Source of the DNA: Macrostomum hystrix
Lineage: Eukaryota; Animalia; Platyhelminthes
Length of the DNA: 64,000 nt
Reading direction: 5' to 3'
Assembly: GCA_950097015.1 (NCBI GenBank)
Contig: CATNEN010000038.1
Coordinates: 14,260,001 to 14,324,000 of the forward strand
Positions 1 through 13,399 of the stretch are shown piece after piece. A program made the translations under genes and the position numbers. A model generated the notes under the pieces. It saw nothing but the letters and a program-made list of their open reading frames with translations. It searched no databases and was not told the DNA's origin. How positions within the stretch are numbered: position 1 is the first letter of the stretch; the number at the start of each line of letters is the position of its first letter.

Positions 1-1574
1 AGCTTAAAGGCACAAGCCATACACAAGCTGTAAAGTAGAATAGGCCTTATTGCTATTCAATGTGCTTCAGGCTTAAATAAATATTACTACTGTACTGATA
101 TGAGAATATAATAACAACAGAATTAAAGGACCATATTTAGGTTCAAAGTTTATACATTTTTTACTCTTACTAGATATTGCAAACAAAAACTGGACCCTAT
201 AGCTAGCCACGCTAGCGCTCATGTTTTCCGTCATAGTCAGTGTCTCAGGGGCAGTCACTGTAGCACCTGGAGCTGATAAAGTATAAAGCTAAATCTGTTT
301 CCAAGAAAATCTTTTTTTGTGCTTCAGCATTCACGTTGTTAGTAAAGTTAAACAAATTATATGTCGTTTCTAGGAACTTAAGTCAATAATATTTTTGGAT
401 TATTTATGTTATACAATTATTACCAATAAATTTAAAGCGGCCAAAGAATTCATAAATCACGACATAGACTGTCGCTATAGTTATTTTAGTTCGTGTTACT
501 TTCTTAATAGAATAAACATGGGGCTTGTGGCCATCCAAGGATCAGTATTCGTGTAACTTATACTATTCTTATACTATGCTACAGTTATACTAACAGTGGT
601 CCTTGTTGAAGCCATGGGCTTCGGACCCATGCGGCACCGCGGCACGTTGTTCCCGAAAAACGGAATAATAATAAGACACAAATTCAAGGACCATTGTGAT
701 CGAATACTCTTAAATTGCATAACCTACTACTATGTGGTTTTCAGTAAACTATGCATCTGGAATTGATCATAAAAATATATAAACGAGGTTTATCTTTCTT
801 GAATCCCACAACTCGTCTTTGATTCACATAAAAAGTGAAACCGTGTTCAGCTGAGTCTATATTGCAGGGCACAATATATAGCTGACATTCTTGATTGTAT
901 TCCTCGGGTCCGGGACCCTGATGCGCGTGGTAGTCAATCCAAAGTCAGCCTATCTGAGTTGCAGTTTAGCCTTTTGAATATTTAAAAAACGTATTCTTTA
1001 AAAAAATAAAAAAAAATTACCATACCTTTTTTCTTCTTTAGCGACCTGAAAAGACTTTACTACTGTCAAACAGAGTATATACAGCCAAACGTAAAGTAAT
1101 AGCTAATAAAAAAAGTTGCAAAAGTTACAAATAATTTAACTACTTAGTGATGTTTATATAAAATTTTAAATAAAAACGTGAATGAATTCTCATCCGAATC
1201 GGAATCCTAGCTCCTCCAGATCCTTTGAAGGTCAGGGGTTCGATTTCGGACTCTAATTAGTCTAGTGCATCCAGATTCTGATAGAACTGTTTTGATAGAA
1301 CAGTTCGTGTCCTTTAGCAATGCAACTGAGCCTGCATAATGTTTCAGTTCATCCAGCTGTAAAATTGGTTCCATTTAGCTGAACTAATTAAGGGATAATT
1401 AAGGGTGCGTTGGTGTGGCGGTCCCATATTTATTATATTAGTTGATAAAAGCAAACACAAGAATCTATGTTTGATCTTCGTAATATTTTAAATGTAAGTA
1501 ATATAAGAAGTAATATCGATGGAAATTTGAGTAGAATACCTGAAACTGTAGGGATACAAAAATTATTATAATTT

Positions 1575-1760
1575 CAAATATCCATCAAACTTCAGTTGCA
1601 TCCCTAAAACTTCATTGACATCCTTAAAACTTCTGTAGAACCCTTTGAATTTCAAGAAAACCCTAAAATTTCTGTGAAATCCCTAAATATTTATTAAAAG
1701 CAATTCTAAAAAATCGATGAAATCTAAAATCTCTGGACTCTGTTCAAACACTGAAACGTG
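1575..1760. repeat. Old degenerate ~20-bp tandem repeat (core TCCCTAAAACTTC)
   Basis: Recurring CCCTAAAAYTTC / CCTTAAAACTTC variants at about 20-bp spacing. Confidence 0.45.
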
Positions 1761-2372
1761 ATAAATTCTTAGAAAACTCCAGTTAAATACATTAAATATT
1801 AGTTAGTTTCTGAAGAGTAATTGGATGAGTGAAGGATGCGTATATTTAAAACTGGTGAAACAATGGAAAATCACCAATTGCCAGAGGAATTTCTTCCCTA
1901 TTTGGACCGGGGTAAACATGCATATAGCTCCGCTCCCATTGGTTGAACGGTATTCTATCCCAGCCAATGAGGAATCGAATGCGGATTTAATCTCTGTCAT
2001 CCAACGAAACATTTTAATCCCCTTTGCGCCGAATAAGAAAATATAAAGCCGAATTGAATAGAAACTTTGAGGAAAATCTGCAAAAATTGAGATTTATACT
2101 ATTGCGCAATTAACAAGGTAGACATTTCTTAGGACCTGAAGATACGCCAACGAATCTTTGCCAGTCGTCAGAAGGAGGATGACCTTGAGATCTTCAAATA
2201 CTGTTGACGCTTTGTCAATGCAGGTGAGAATTTTTTACGATTAACTATAATCTGTGATTAGTCGGAGCAATTTTTTTCACCTCAATTATTCTTATCGGCA
2301 GAGAAATTGCTTTTCTATACAAATTGTCAAGTGGATTCAGCTGTATATATAGAAATGTGGATCTCTTAGACT

Positions 2373-2690
2373 GGGGAGAGATGAGGCAGGGGAGAGATGA
2401 GACAGGGGAGAGATGAGGCAGGGGAGAGATGAGACAGGGGAGAGATGAGGCAGGGGAGAGATGAGACAGGGGAGAGATGAGGCAGGGGAGAGATGAGACA
2501 GGGGAGAGATGAGGCAAGGGAGAGATGAGACAGGGGAGAGATGAGGCAGGGGAGAGATGAGACAGGGGAGAGATGAGGCAGGGGAGAGATGAGGCAGGGG
2601 AGAGATGAGACAGGAGAGATGAGACAGGGGAGAGATGAGACAGGGGAGAGATGAGGCAGGGGAGAGATGAGATAGTAGAGAGATGAGATA
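2373..2690. repeat. 16-bp minisatellite GGGGAGAGATGAGRCA, ~20 copies
   Basis: Tandem units read directly; G and A variants largely alternate. Confidence 0.95.
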
Positions 2691-3876
2691 GGGTACTGAT
2701 GTGACATTGGAGAGATGAGCTAGGGATGAGATATGCCAGCGAGAGACAAGACAATCAGGAAGTGGTGTGAAATCAGATGTACGATATCTGAAAGCATTTT
2801 AGATTTATGAGTTGAGGAATCTTTGACAAAAAAACCAAGCTATTGCTTAAATAAAAATAGACAAATTGAATAAAGAATGAGGATGTCAATAAGCCATAGC
2901 GTACGGACAGTGTATAGCTCGTATTTTGATAAAAATCGCATTAGGTCTTTGTTGGTCCAACTGCCGCAGTTTGCGCCAAGGAACCACGCCTGTTGCGTAA
3001 TCGAAATCTACTTTTTTAACGTTTTTTACCTCGACAGAAATCGAAGGTAAATGGAGTGAGAGAGATCAAGGAGTTTTTACAATGCAGGTGGCCTTTTAGT
3101 TTCTAGTCTTTGGTCGGGATAAATATCCCGAAAAGCATAGGTCAATAATGATAATTAATCAGAGCGGGCGGGGTACTGCAGAAATTTGTCTCCATGCGGC
3201 CAAACTTTTCAATCTTCATAAATTCCATCACTCCAATTTCCTTTAACATAATATGCACAACTTTGTCTCAGGTTAACAAGCAATTCCTTGATTCCATCGT
3301 ATAGCTCCCCCAAATGCCTAGTATATAGAGGTAGGCGTGACCCCCCGTGGCAACTAAAACAAAACTTAAGAAATATATTGGCGAACATCGGGTCCCGCAG
3401 TCCGTATATTTATGAACTGCCTAACAAGACGACTAGCAGAGAGATTAGAAGACAGAAGAGGAATTGACTGAGGCTGGTTGGGAATCGGTCAACCTAGGTG
3501 CCTTGTTGTCCACCCTATAGCCTATCGAACAGATTGTCTCTACGGAGTGGACAATGTTGGCGGGACCTCCGCGCCCTCCAACTTCCAGCATTTCCTGCTC
3601 GCAATCTCTAGGGCAACTTGGCGAGTGTTTACATACGAGACAGAAGACTTCAGTGTGCGGTCAATTGACCGTTCTTTCAGCGGAAAGTCACTTGAAAATC
3701 AGCGTAGAAGAAGATTCGACAAAGAAATTCTGTCCGCGATTTTATTGACTTTCCACACACTGCATTGTAAACGGCAGTCATTATCTATAAGCGGAGCCGG
3801 TGAAGCGAATGAATTATGTTCTCCCCTATTTGGGATTTCTAAATGAGGGATTCGGAATATTTGAAGGAAGGAATTT

Positions 3877-4474
3877 CTGAAGGATGGGATAGTCTGAAGG
3901 ATGGGATAATCTGAAGGATGGTATAATCTGATTGATGGGATAATCTGAAGGATGGGATAATCTGAAGGATGGGATAATCTGAAGGATGGGATAATCTGAT
4001 TGATGGGATAATCTGATTGATGGGATAATCTGAAGGATGGTATAATCTGATTGATGGGATAATCTGAAGGATGGGATAATCTGAAGGATGGGATAATCTG
4101 ATTGATGGGATAATCTGAAGGATGGGATAATCTGAAGGATGGGATAATCTGAAGGATGGGATAATCTGAAGGATGGGATAATCTGAAGGATGGGATAATC
4201 TGAAGGATGGGATAATCTGAAGGATGGGATAATCTGAAGGATGGGATAATCTGAAGGATGGGATAATCTGAAGGATGGGATAATCTGAAGGATGGGATAA
4301 TCTGAAGGATGGGATAATCTGAAGGATGATATAATCTGAAGGATGGGATAATCTGAAGGATGGGATAATCTGAAGGATGGGATAATCTGAAGGATGGGAT
4401 AATCTGAAGGATGGGATAATCTGAAGGATGGGATAATCTGAAGGATGGGATAATCTGAAGGATGGGATTATCTG
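3877..4474. repeat. 17-bp minisatellite CTGAAGGATGGGATAAT, ~35 copies
   Basis: Tandem units read directly. Confidence 0.97.
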
Positions 4475-5349
4475 ACAGTCTTGGCTGTATAGTTAAAATG
4501 GCAGCATTCAGCAGCATTTCTTATGTTGTCTGTGTTAGTCTGTCGTTCAGTTAGTTGTTAAGTAAGTTCCTGTGGTTCGAATCCTGTATCATATAGACAT
4601 GTCAGTTAGCAAAAGTTCTCCATATTTACACGGTGTCATATAAATAGATACTTTCTAGTTTCTATTCAACCTGGCACAAATCGAAGATAAGGGAAGAGCG
4701 CTAGCTTTTGCAAAGTTTATTTATCAAAATTCCATCGGTGTATTTCTGCACAATGTCTTTCGTATCGAATTTCGCTTAGGAATTTTGTTGTCAACCACTT
4801 GGGCCGTGCTTTTTTGCGCCCGAAGAAAACAGCGCCCATTGTAGCAAATAAATATGGCCCCCAAAAATACCTTAAAACCTTGTTTTCAATGGACACGTGC
4901 GCCTGTTTTAAACAAATTTAAAACAAACAGGTATTTTTTTAGATTAATCCAAATTTGCAAAAAGTTGTCCAAATGTGGGCACACGGTGTGCCAGCTTATA
5001 TCGTCGAACAGTTTGAAAGAAGCGTGATATTAAAAAAAGCAAAAATTTGTCAAAGAGTGCACATTTTTTGTTTTGTTTTGTTTACTATTTCTCTAACTAT
5101 AGCATATTCGATTTGGATACAGTTTGCTAAGAAAAAGTCGGGATGAATATTGCAATATTAGCTCGAGGTTGCTCTGCAGTTAGTTTACGTAAATTTTAGC
5201 CCCATCATCCAGCATCCAGCAGTCACTAAAATGTAGCTAACTTTTTGCTGTCCCAATCAAACTTGGAGGTGGAAAACTCCTTGACGTGCATTTTAGAAAC
5301 ATTGACAACTTCAAAATATAACTTTTAAATTCTAGATTAAATTGATGAG

Positions 5350-5530
5350 ATATTTGAATAACGGGACATTTGATGAATGGGATATTAAAAATGGGATATT
5401 TGAAGAATGGGATTTTTGAAGGACGGGATATTTGAAGGACGGGGTATTTGAAGAATAGGATATTTAAAAAAGAGGATATTTGAAGAATGGGATATTTTAA
5501 GGATGGGATATTTTAATGAGGGGATCTTTT
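5350..5530. repeat. Degenerate 16-bp array (TTGAAGRAYGGGATAT)
   Basis: Diverged relatives of the CTGAAGGATGGGAT unit. Confidence 0.7.
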
Positions 5531-6265
5531 ATGGCTAGAATACATTTTAGAATGGACATAAAAAATCTTAAGTTAAAACACGTTGAACAAGTTGAACATC
5601 GTACTCATCGCTATTCGATGTCACCGATGCTTGTATCCTGTCAGAAAATATTCCCATCTCGCAGAGGATGCTGTGTAGTATTTCACACGGCTGAAACTAA
5701 CTGTGACATCAGTGAAGCCGGCGCTTTCCTAGAAATTTCTCATTGTCTTTCGTCTGAAAGATGAAGACAAGAAGAGGGACAAGAGAGATAAGCGCAGCTT
5801 CAAGCGGTTGCCATGCGGTTGCTATGGCCGGTTCTCTGGCTCGTGTTCCCAACAAATCCGACAGGTCCGCAAGAATCGGCATCCTAGAGGTAATTATATT
5901 CCTTCTCCCTATCTTCGAGTGTCGGAAATTTAGGGAAAACTTCTCTCGGCTGGTCCCAGTAGGGTGACCGCAGTTCCCACGCCGACAGCAGAAGACAAGT
6001 TGACAGAGGGGTTCTCGCCGCTGCTGATAAAGCTCAGCTTGCTGGGGCCAGGCCTTGTTATTCGTTTTGCTTTTCTTGTTGCTAAGCTGGACAAGTAAAA
6101 TGGCAACTATGCGAGCTGCCGGCTAACGATAGCAGGTTAGAAAGTTGATTAACTCAACCATAAAAAACATTACAAAAAATAATACGATCTGAAGGATGGG
6201 ATAATCGGAAGTATGGGACAATCTTTAGGATGGGATAAATTGAAGGATGAGATAATCTTACGGAC

Positions 6266-6515
6266 AGGATAGAATAGGATCGGGTAGGATAGGATAGGAT
6301 CGGATAGGATCGGATAGGATAGGATAGGATCGGATAGGATAGGATCGGATAGGATAGGATAGGATAGGATAGGATAGGATAGGATAGGATCGGATAGGAT
6401 AGGATAGGATCGGATAGGATAGGATAGGATCGGATAGGATAGGATAGGATCGGATAGGATAGGATAGGATAGGATCGGATAGGATAGGATAGGATTGGAT
6501 AGGATAGAATAGGAT
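6266..6515. repeat. Pentanucleotide microsatellite (GGATA/GGATC)n
   Basis: Tandem units read directly, flanked on both sides by degenerate GAAGGATGGGAT units. Confidence 0.95.
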
Positions 6516-7199
6516 AGAGATAGTGGAATAGAATAGTGATCTATATGCTGGGATAATTTCAAGAACGGAATACTTTAAGCAAGGGATATTTCAAGCAGTG
6601 AAAATTTAATGGATGGGATATTTAAAGGATGGGATATAAAAAAATGGGATTATCCTATGTTAAAGGGAAAAGAGGAATGAATCACAGAAATTTTAGCTTA
6701 ACTTTTTGAGCGATCTGATGGTCGCCGATGTTGCCCGCTATAATATGTTTTTCTTGGACAAAGCAGGCCAGGCGAAATAGTAATTCACTTTTATTTCCTT
6801 CCTAAGACACCTCACACTAATGAACCGAGTCGGTGTTAAAAAAAACTCACAAGAAAACATAAAATATCCCACCCAGGACAGAGAGACAATTCCACAAGTA
6901 TTGACCAAGCGGCAGGAAATGACATACTGATTTATCTTATTTACCTAACCCGAACCGGCCGGGATTCTGGTTGCCAACCAGCCACCATTGCGGTGCTTGT
7001 TTGCATCCGCGATGCTCTTCTGCTCTCTAATCCTCCTAACCTCCGTATCGCTCCTTATTTTTAATTACCGGATTCCCGGATTCCGTTCTCTGCAACAGAG
7101 AAAATCTGACTATTTGTTGGATTAAATTAAACCTAAGCGAAGGGATTGTAAAACTAAGGAATATGGATAATCTGAGCTGGAAAAAAACATTTTGCAGGA

Positions 7200-8390
7200 T
7201 TATCGGAAATATGTGATGGGATTCCTGAAGGAATGGATTTTTAAGGATTAGATAGCTGAAATATAGTATATCTGAACTATGGTATTTCTGAAGGATGGGA
7301 TATCTGAAGGATGGGATTTTTTAAAGATGGGATTGCTGAAGGAATGGATTTTTAAGGATTAGATAGCTGAAATATAGTATATCTGAACTATGGTATTTCT
7401 GAAGGATGGGATATCTGAAGGATGGGATTTTTTAAAGATGGGATTGCTGAAGGATGTAATTTCTGAAGGAAGGGATTTCGGAAGGATGGGTTATCTGAAG
7501 GATTAGATATCTGAAGGATTGGATTTATGAAGGATGGGATATCTGAAGGATGGGATATCTGAAGGATTGGATATCTGAAGGATGGGATATCTGAAGGATT
7601 GGATTTATGAAGGATGGGATATCTGAAGAATGGGATATCTGAAGGATTGGATTTATGAAGGATGAGATATCTGAAGGATGGGATATCTGAAGGATGGGAT
7701 ATCTGAAGGATGGGATATCTGAAGGATTGGATTTATGAAGGATGGGATATCTGAAGTATGGGATATCTGAAGGATGGGATATCTGAAGGATGGGATATCT
7801 GAGGGATGGGATAATCGAAGGATGGGTTATCTGAAGGATTGGATTTATGAAGGATGGGATATCTGAAGAATGGGATATCTGAAGGATTGGATTTATGAAG
7901 GATGGGATATCTGAAGGATGGGATATCTGAGGGATGGGATTTATGAAGGATGAGATATCTGAAGGATGGGATATCTGAAGGATGGGATACCTGAAGTATG
8001 GGATATCTGAAGGATGGGATTTCTGAAGGATGGGATAATCTGAAGAATGGGTTATCTGAAGGATTGGATTTATGAAGGATGGGATATCTGAAGGATGGGA
8101 TATCTGAAGTATGGGATATCTGAAGGATGGGATATCTGAAGGATGGGATATCTGAAGGATGGGATATCTGAAGGATGGGATATCTGAAGGATGGGATATC
8201 TGAAGGATGGGATATCTGAAGGATGGGATATCTGAAGGATGGGATATCTGAAGGATGGGATATCTGAAGGATGGGATATCTGAAGGATGGGATATCTGAA
8301 GGATGGGATATCTGAAGGATGGGATATCTGAAGGATGGGATATCTGAAGGATTGGATTCATGAACGATGGGATTCCTGAAGGATGGGATT
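7200..8390. repeat. 16-bp minisatellite CTGAAGGATGGGATAT
   Basis: Tandem units; the degenerate left end contains a 111-bp duplication (7225 and 7336). Confidence 0.96.
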
Positions 8391-11300
8391 CAGTCAGATC
8401 GTTTTAGCATATTTCGTGAATAAAATTATTTGAATAAAAGAACTTAATATTGTATTAAGGATTTCTGTTATATGCGACAGAAAAAATTATTTCAAGGTAC
8501 TTCGATATTACCGAGCCGAATTGAATGAAAAAACTGCTGCGCAGATTAAGACCTCGAGAATCGTGCCCAGTTGCAAAAAAGGTGATAGTCGCGGGTCTGC
8601 CCACAGTTACTGTCAGACAGCGCAGGAGAAGTCAAGGGTGGATTTAACATCGACTGCCGCGATTGTAGCAATTGTGCACAGATTTGAAATCCCTGATACT
8701 GGGTCCTCCGTCATCCAACGCCTGCCTAACTCGACCGTGAAAGCTCATTAATTCCCGACAAATTCTCATTATAATCCCTGTGCACGAGCTAGCAAAGTGT
8801 CTAGGGAAGGGGATTTTTTTTCCCGCAATGATTGTGCCATAGTTTCTGGTGGGGGTGGGTGCTAAGTGATATCACTTTCGCAACATCGGAAGTCAAGATT
8901 GCATACATTTAAGTGTGCTGGTGGGATAGGAAAATCATAGGAAATCATAGAGATTTCTCCTGTCAACGCTCCCACCAGGGGGAGGTTTGGGAAAAAGTTA
9001 AGAGATGCATAATTCGAGTCTTGCTGGGGAAGTCAAGGCCCCTGTAACAAGCGTTGTAAATGTGTCATTAGTTTTTGGTGGCCGGCAAGATGATTGGAAG
9101 CAGAAAGCCACTTGCTTGCTTGCTTTCTGCTGTCTTGAAAACGCGAGCTACTAGGGGGGAAATATATAATGGGGAGTATCGGAGAGGTCAGAAATAACAA
9201 GGTGGTGCGTGTGTGTGCAGTCATAACAGCATATGACAGCGATTCAGCGGAATTCAGAGGAAGATATCCCCTCCAAATGATGGGGCAAGAGCGATGGAGG
9301 GATGCAAGGGACAGGCCGCGCCTTGCTTTAACTTTGGGAATCTTGTTACGCAGCGCGGGCTCCAGTTTTAATCATGATTTATCCCCAAATCCGACGCCTG
9401 CTGAAAAAGTGTCGGCGTATGGTTTCAGCTTCATCATCAACCATTTGCGGACCACCAGCAGTGGGGATCTCCATGCATCCCTGATGCGTCTTTCCGGAAG
9501 AAGATCGCGCCAAAAATCCCTTTCTTAATATTATAATAATAATGACCACGGAGAGGAAATAGGGTAAATCTAAAAGGGAAAAATGAAGCGTGGACCTTAC
9601 AGGCCGCATGAAGGCTTGATGAAGCTGTTTGATTCGACAGGGTCGTGTTGGATGCAGCATCTGCCAGCAGCCGCCGATGCCATCAAAGATTCTGTAAAGA
9701 ACGCACGCCGTCTTGATTGGCAATATAGCGAAAAAAATGTTCGGCCCCCACAAATCTAAGGATCTTTTCTGAAGGAAGGGGATTTCTAGTCAACGCAATC
9801 AAGACAGAGAGGGGTAGATAGAGAGGGGAAGTACTAGCGCGTGTGTTTTCGCTTCACACCCGGCATCAGGTGCCATAGGGTCTTGTGATTTCCTAATCTG
9901 GGAAAACATCAGACACTGCCGCTTAGTTCATCGGATATCAAAAAATATATAAATGCATCAGCAGCAGCAGCAGCAGCAGCGGTCACTGAGGGGGGCATTA
10001 GTGCTGAAGATTTTTTCCTCCTTGTTGTTTTTCGAGTCCCGATGGTTTGGGGAGGCTCACATCTTCTGTTGTAACGGCTAGTCTTAATGAGGTCTCCTAT
10101 ATCCTTCCAGTCCACAGACTGTCCGTTCCGCTCCTGCAGGGAAACTATGCCTGGCAGAAAATAATAAGGATGGTTGGAGATTTGCTGGAAGACGGGATTT
10201 AAAAGAAGACACGGATTATTTTCTTTACGGGAGAAATGTGTTTCATCATCAGCCGGGAGTCATAAATGCTCGGTCGTTCCCAAATCCAACCAGCGACCAA
10301 AACTGTTTTAATATCCCACTCCCAATATATTACTCTCCCGCGTGGCTTGTGAACAGTGGACGCGACTTTTTTATTGGGATTTGGAACTGAAGCGATGGAG
10401 CAACCTGTTGCGGAATTATCCTCATCTTGCCTAGCACAAGGATGTCTCTCCCCACCGACTTCTAATAATTAAGACTTCGCCTTCATAGCTGTGTCTGTTG
10501 GCTGGCAGAAAAATCACTAATTTGAATGCCTTCTGGCATTGAAAGTCTTTTCTGAGAAATTCCCTGCGAGTGTTAGTGAGGTCCCCGGGCAAAGAGCATA
10601 AAATCTAGACAGCAATTGGAAGCATTTATCATAATATCCCTTGCCCTGCCCACTGAGCTTACCGAACCGCGGGACAGGGACAAACTTCAATTGGGTCGGC
10701 GGTCGTAAAAATTCGGCCCTAAAAACTCCCCGCCCCCCGGATTGGGATGAGAAGCGGAGGATGGATAGGAATTAGGGAGAAAGAGTTTTTGGGATCTTTA
10801 GAAGGGGAGCAAGTGTGCGAGTATAGATTGCCCCCCTCTCGGACGGGGATTTTGGCCAAAAGATTTTTGGCCAGCCGGTTGGGGAGGGAGTAGTAGAAGA
10901 AGAATGAATTTCTAAGAAACGCCCCCCAGCCAGCTCCCGCTGCAGCCAGATGGCCTCGCAAAAAGCGACACCGACGCGCGAAGGTCCTCGAGCTTTAACA
11001 GATCCTGACAACCCTGAGCACCGCGCTGAGCTTCCACAGCTAAAAGATGTCAGAAAACGTGAGCCAGCATGAAGTGGCTCCACGCCATGCGGTTGAAGCG
11101 AGAAGATGAAAATAAATAGAGTGGCGCGTGAATGGCGGGAGAGCCCACTAAAAACAATTAGCATGAGAGGCTGGTTCCTAATCCGGTGGGCCCATATCGA
11201 CTCTACTCCCCATGCGTTCTGGTTGAGCATGGATGGGCATGACATGAGTCGTCTCTGGCAGGCCGGGGCATCGTGTCATTCTCCATCCCATCCTCCTTCA

Positions 11301-11825
11301 TCCCAGTGGCTCCGCCTCGCCTCTCGCCGCTCTCGGCTACCGCACTGCACGTCCAAAATTACTCCCAAGAGGTTGGCCAGTGCCGGGGAATTAATCCCCA
11401 GCGCCAAAGCTATCCGGATCGCGGCCTCATCAGTCATCCTGGGGCAGCTGGGGTGGCGTCTGAGACGCTATGCTCAAGTCCCTGACCCCTGCGACACCAC
11501 CAGACGTGAAGGGGAGCAAAGATGAACCAGAAAGAAGAAGAAGAGGAGGCGTTGGAGTGGCTTCAATCACAAATCTCCCCGGCAGGAGTTAATCCCATGC
11601 AGCAGCAGCAGTTCCAGATGGGAAATCACTGCTCGAGTGTAGCAGTTTGAAGTGGGATAGTTTTTGAGTCCTCGGGCGGGGCTGTGTTTGTTCAATTATT
11701 CTGAGCAAACAATCCTAGCAACCGGGGCTGTTCATCTGGCTTTTTTGTTGATATCGTTTCTTTTGCTCCAAACTAATCAACTGACTGCGAATGCATACAC
11801 CGCCCGCCACCCGATCTCCTCCACC

Positions 11826-11934
11826 ATGCAGAGCCTGAGATGCGCCTCGGCTGGCTGCGGCTGCGACTGCTTCAGCCCGGAAGGTCGACAGCCCAGGCAG
11901 TGCGAAAATTGTCCGCACGGCTGGATCTATCACG
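11826..11934 (+). CDS. BNC: Basonuclin/disco-family zinc-finger protein, coding exon 1
   Basis: ATG in a TCCACCATG context. MQSLRCASAGCGCDCFSPEGRQPRQCENCPHGWIYH matches the basonuclin N-terminal Cys-rich motif (C..C.C.CF.PG...R.C..C.HGW..H). Donor G|GTAAGA at 11935, phase 1. Confidence 0.88.
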
Positions 11935-11942
11935 GTAAGAAT

Positions 11943-13272
11943 AGTCAGATATTGACGAGTTTTTAGCGTCAGATACTGACGAGTTTTAAGTGTCAGATAT
12001 TTACGAGTTTTTAAGTGTCAGATATTGACGAGTTTTAAGTGTCAGATATTGACGAGTTTTAAGTGTCAGATACTGACGAGTTTTTAGCGTCAGATACTGA
12101 CGAGTTTTAAGTGTCAGATATTTACGAGTTTTTAAGTGTCAGATATTGACGAGTTTTAAGTGTCAGATATTGACGAGTTTTAAGTGTCAGATATTGACGA
12201 GTTTTAAGTGTCAGATATTGACGAGTTTTAAGTGTCAGATATTGACGAGTTTTAAGTGTCAGATATTGACGAGTTTGAAGTGTCAGATACTGACGAGTTT
12301 TTAGCGTCAGATACTGACGAGTTTTAAGTGTCAGATATTTACGAGTTTTTAAGTGTCAGATATTGACGAGTTTTAAGTGTCAGATATTGACGAGTTTTAA
12401 GTGTCAGATATTGACGAGTTTTAAGTGTCAGATATTGACGAGTTTTAAGTGTCAGATATTGACGAGTTTTAAGTGTCAGATATTGACGAGTTTGAAGTGT
12501 CAGATACTGACGAGTTTTAAGTGTCAGATACTGACGAGTTTTAAGTGTCAGATATTGACGAGTTTTAAGTGTCAGATATTGACGAGTTTTAAGTGTCAGA
12601 TATTGACGAGTTTTAAGTGTCAGATACTGACGAGTTTTAAGTGTCAGATATTGACGAGTTTTAAGTGTCAGATATTGACGAGTTTTAAGTGTCAGATACT
12701 GACGAGTTTTAAGTGTCAGATACTGACGAGTTTTAAGTGTCAGATATTGACGAGTTTTAAGTGTCAGATACTGACGAGTTTGAAGTGTCAGATATTGACG
12801 AGTTTGAAGTGTCAGATACTGACGAGTTTTAAGTGTCAGATATTGACGAGTTTTAAGTGTCAGATATTGACGAGTTTTAAGTGTCAGATACTGACGAGTT
12901 TTAAGTGTCAGATACTGACGAGTTTTAAGTGTCAGATATTGACGAGTTTTAAGTGTCAGATACTGACGAGTTTTAAGTGTCAGATATTGACGAGTTTTTA
13001 AGTGTCAGATATTGACGAGTTTTTTAGTGTCAGATATTGACGAGTTTTAAGTGTCAGATATTGACGAGGTTTAAGTGTCAGATACTGACGAGTTTTAAGT
13101 GTCAGATATTGACGAGTTTTAAGTGTCAGATACTGACGAGTTTTAAGTGTCAGATATTGACGAGTTTTAAGTGTCAGATATTGACAAGTTTTAAGTGTCA
13201 GATATTGACGAGTTTTAAGTGTCAGATATTGACAAGTTTTAAGTGTCAGATATTGACAAGTTTGGTGTCAGA
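11943..13272. repeat. 24-bp intronic minisatellite GTCAGATAYTGACGAGTTTTAAGT, ~55 copies
   Basis: Begins about 8 nt after the BNC intron-1 donor. Confidence 0.97.
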
Positions 13273-13276
13273 TCAC

Positions 13277-13399
13277 TTGGTGACACAAGACTCGCCGCCA
13301 GGGAGGAGGCAACTCACACAGGTGTGTACATTTGCCCTGACTTTCTCATCGTCAGGCTGTGTACACTTCACTGAAATGTACGACAAGTGCCCAAGCCTT
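13277..13399 (-). mobile_element. Partial diverged copy of the SINE at 27647-27948
   Basis: Reverse complement contains CTGACGATGAGAAAGTCAGGGCAAATGTACACACCTGTGTG, versus CTGACAACGAGAAAGTCAGGGCAGATGTACACACCTGTGTG at about 27827-27868. Weaker matches extend on both sides. Confidence 0.75.

Noticed and set aside
4540-4590. GGTTCGAATCC B-box suggesting a tRNA gene (similar word near 1237)
   Set aside because: No cloverleaf or convincing A-box; at most a decayed SINE head.
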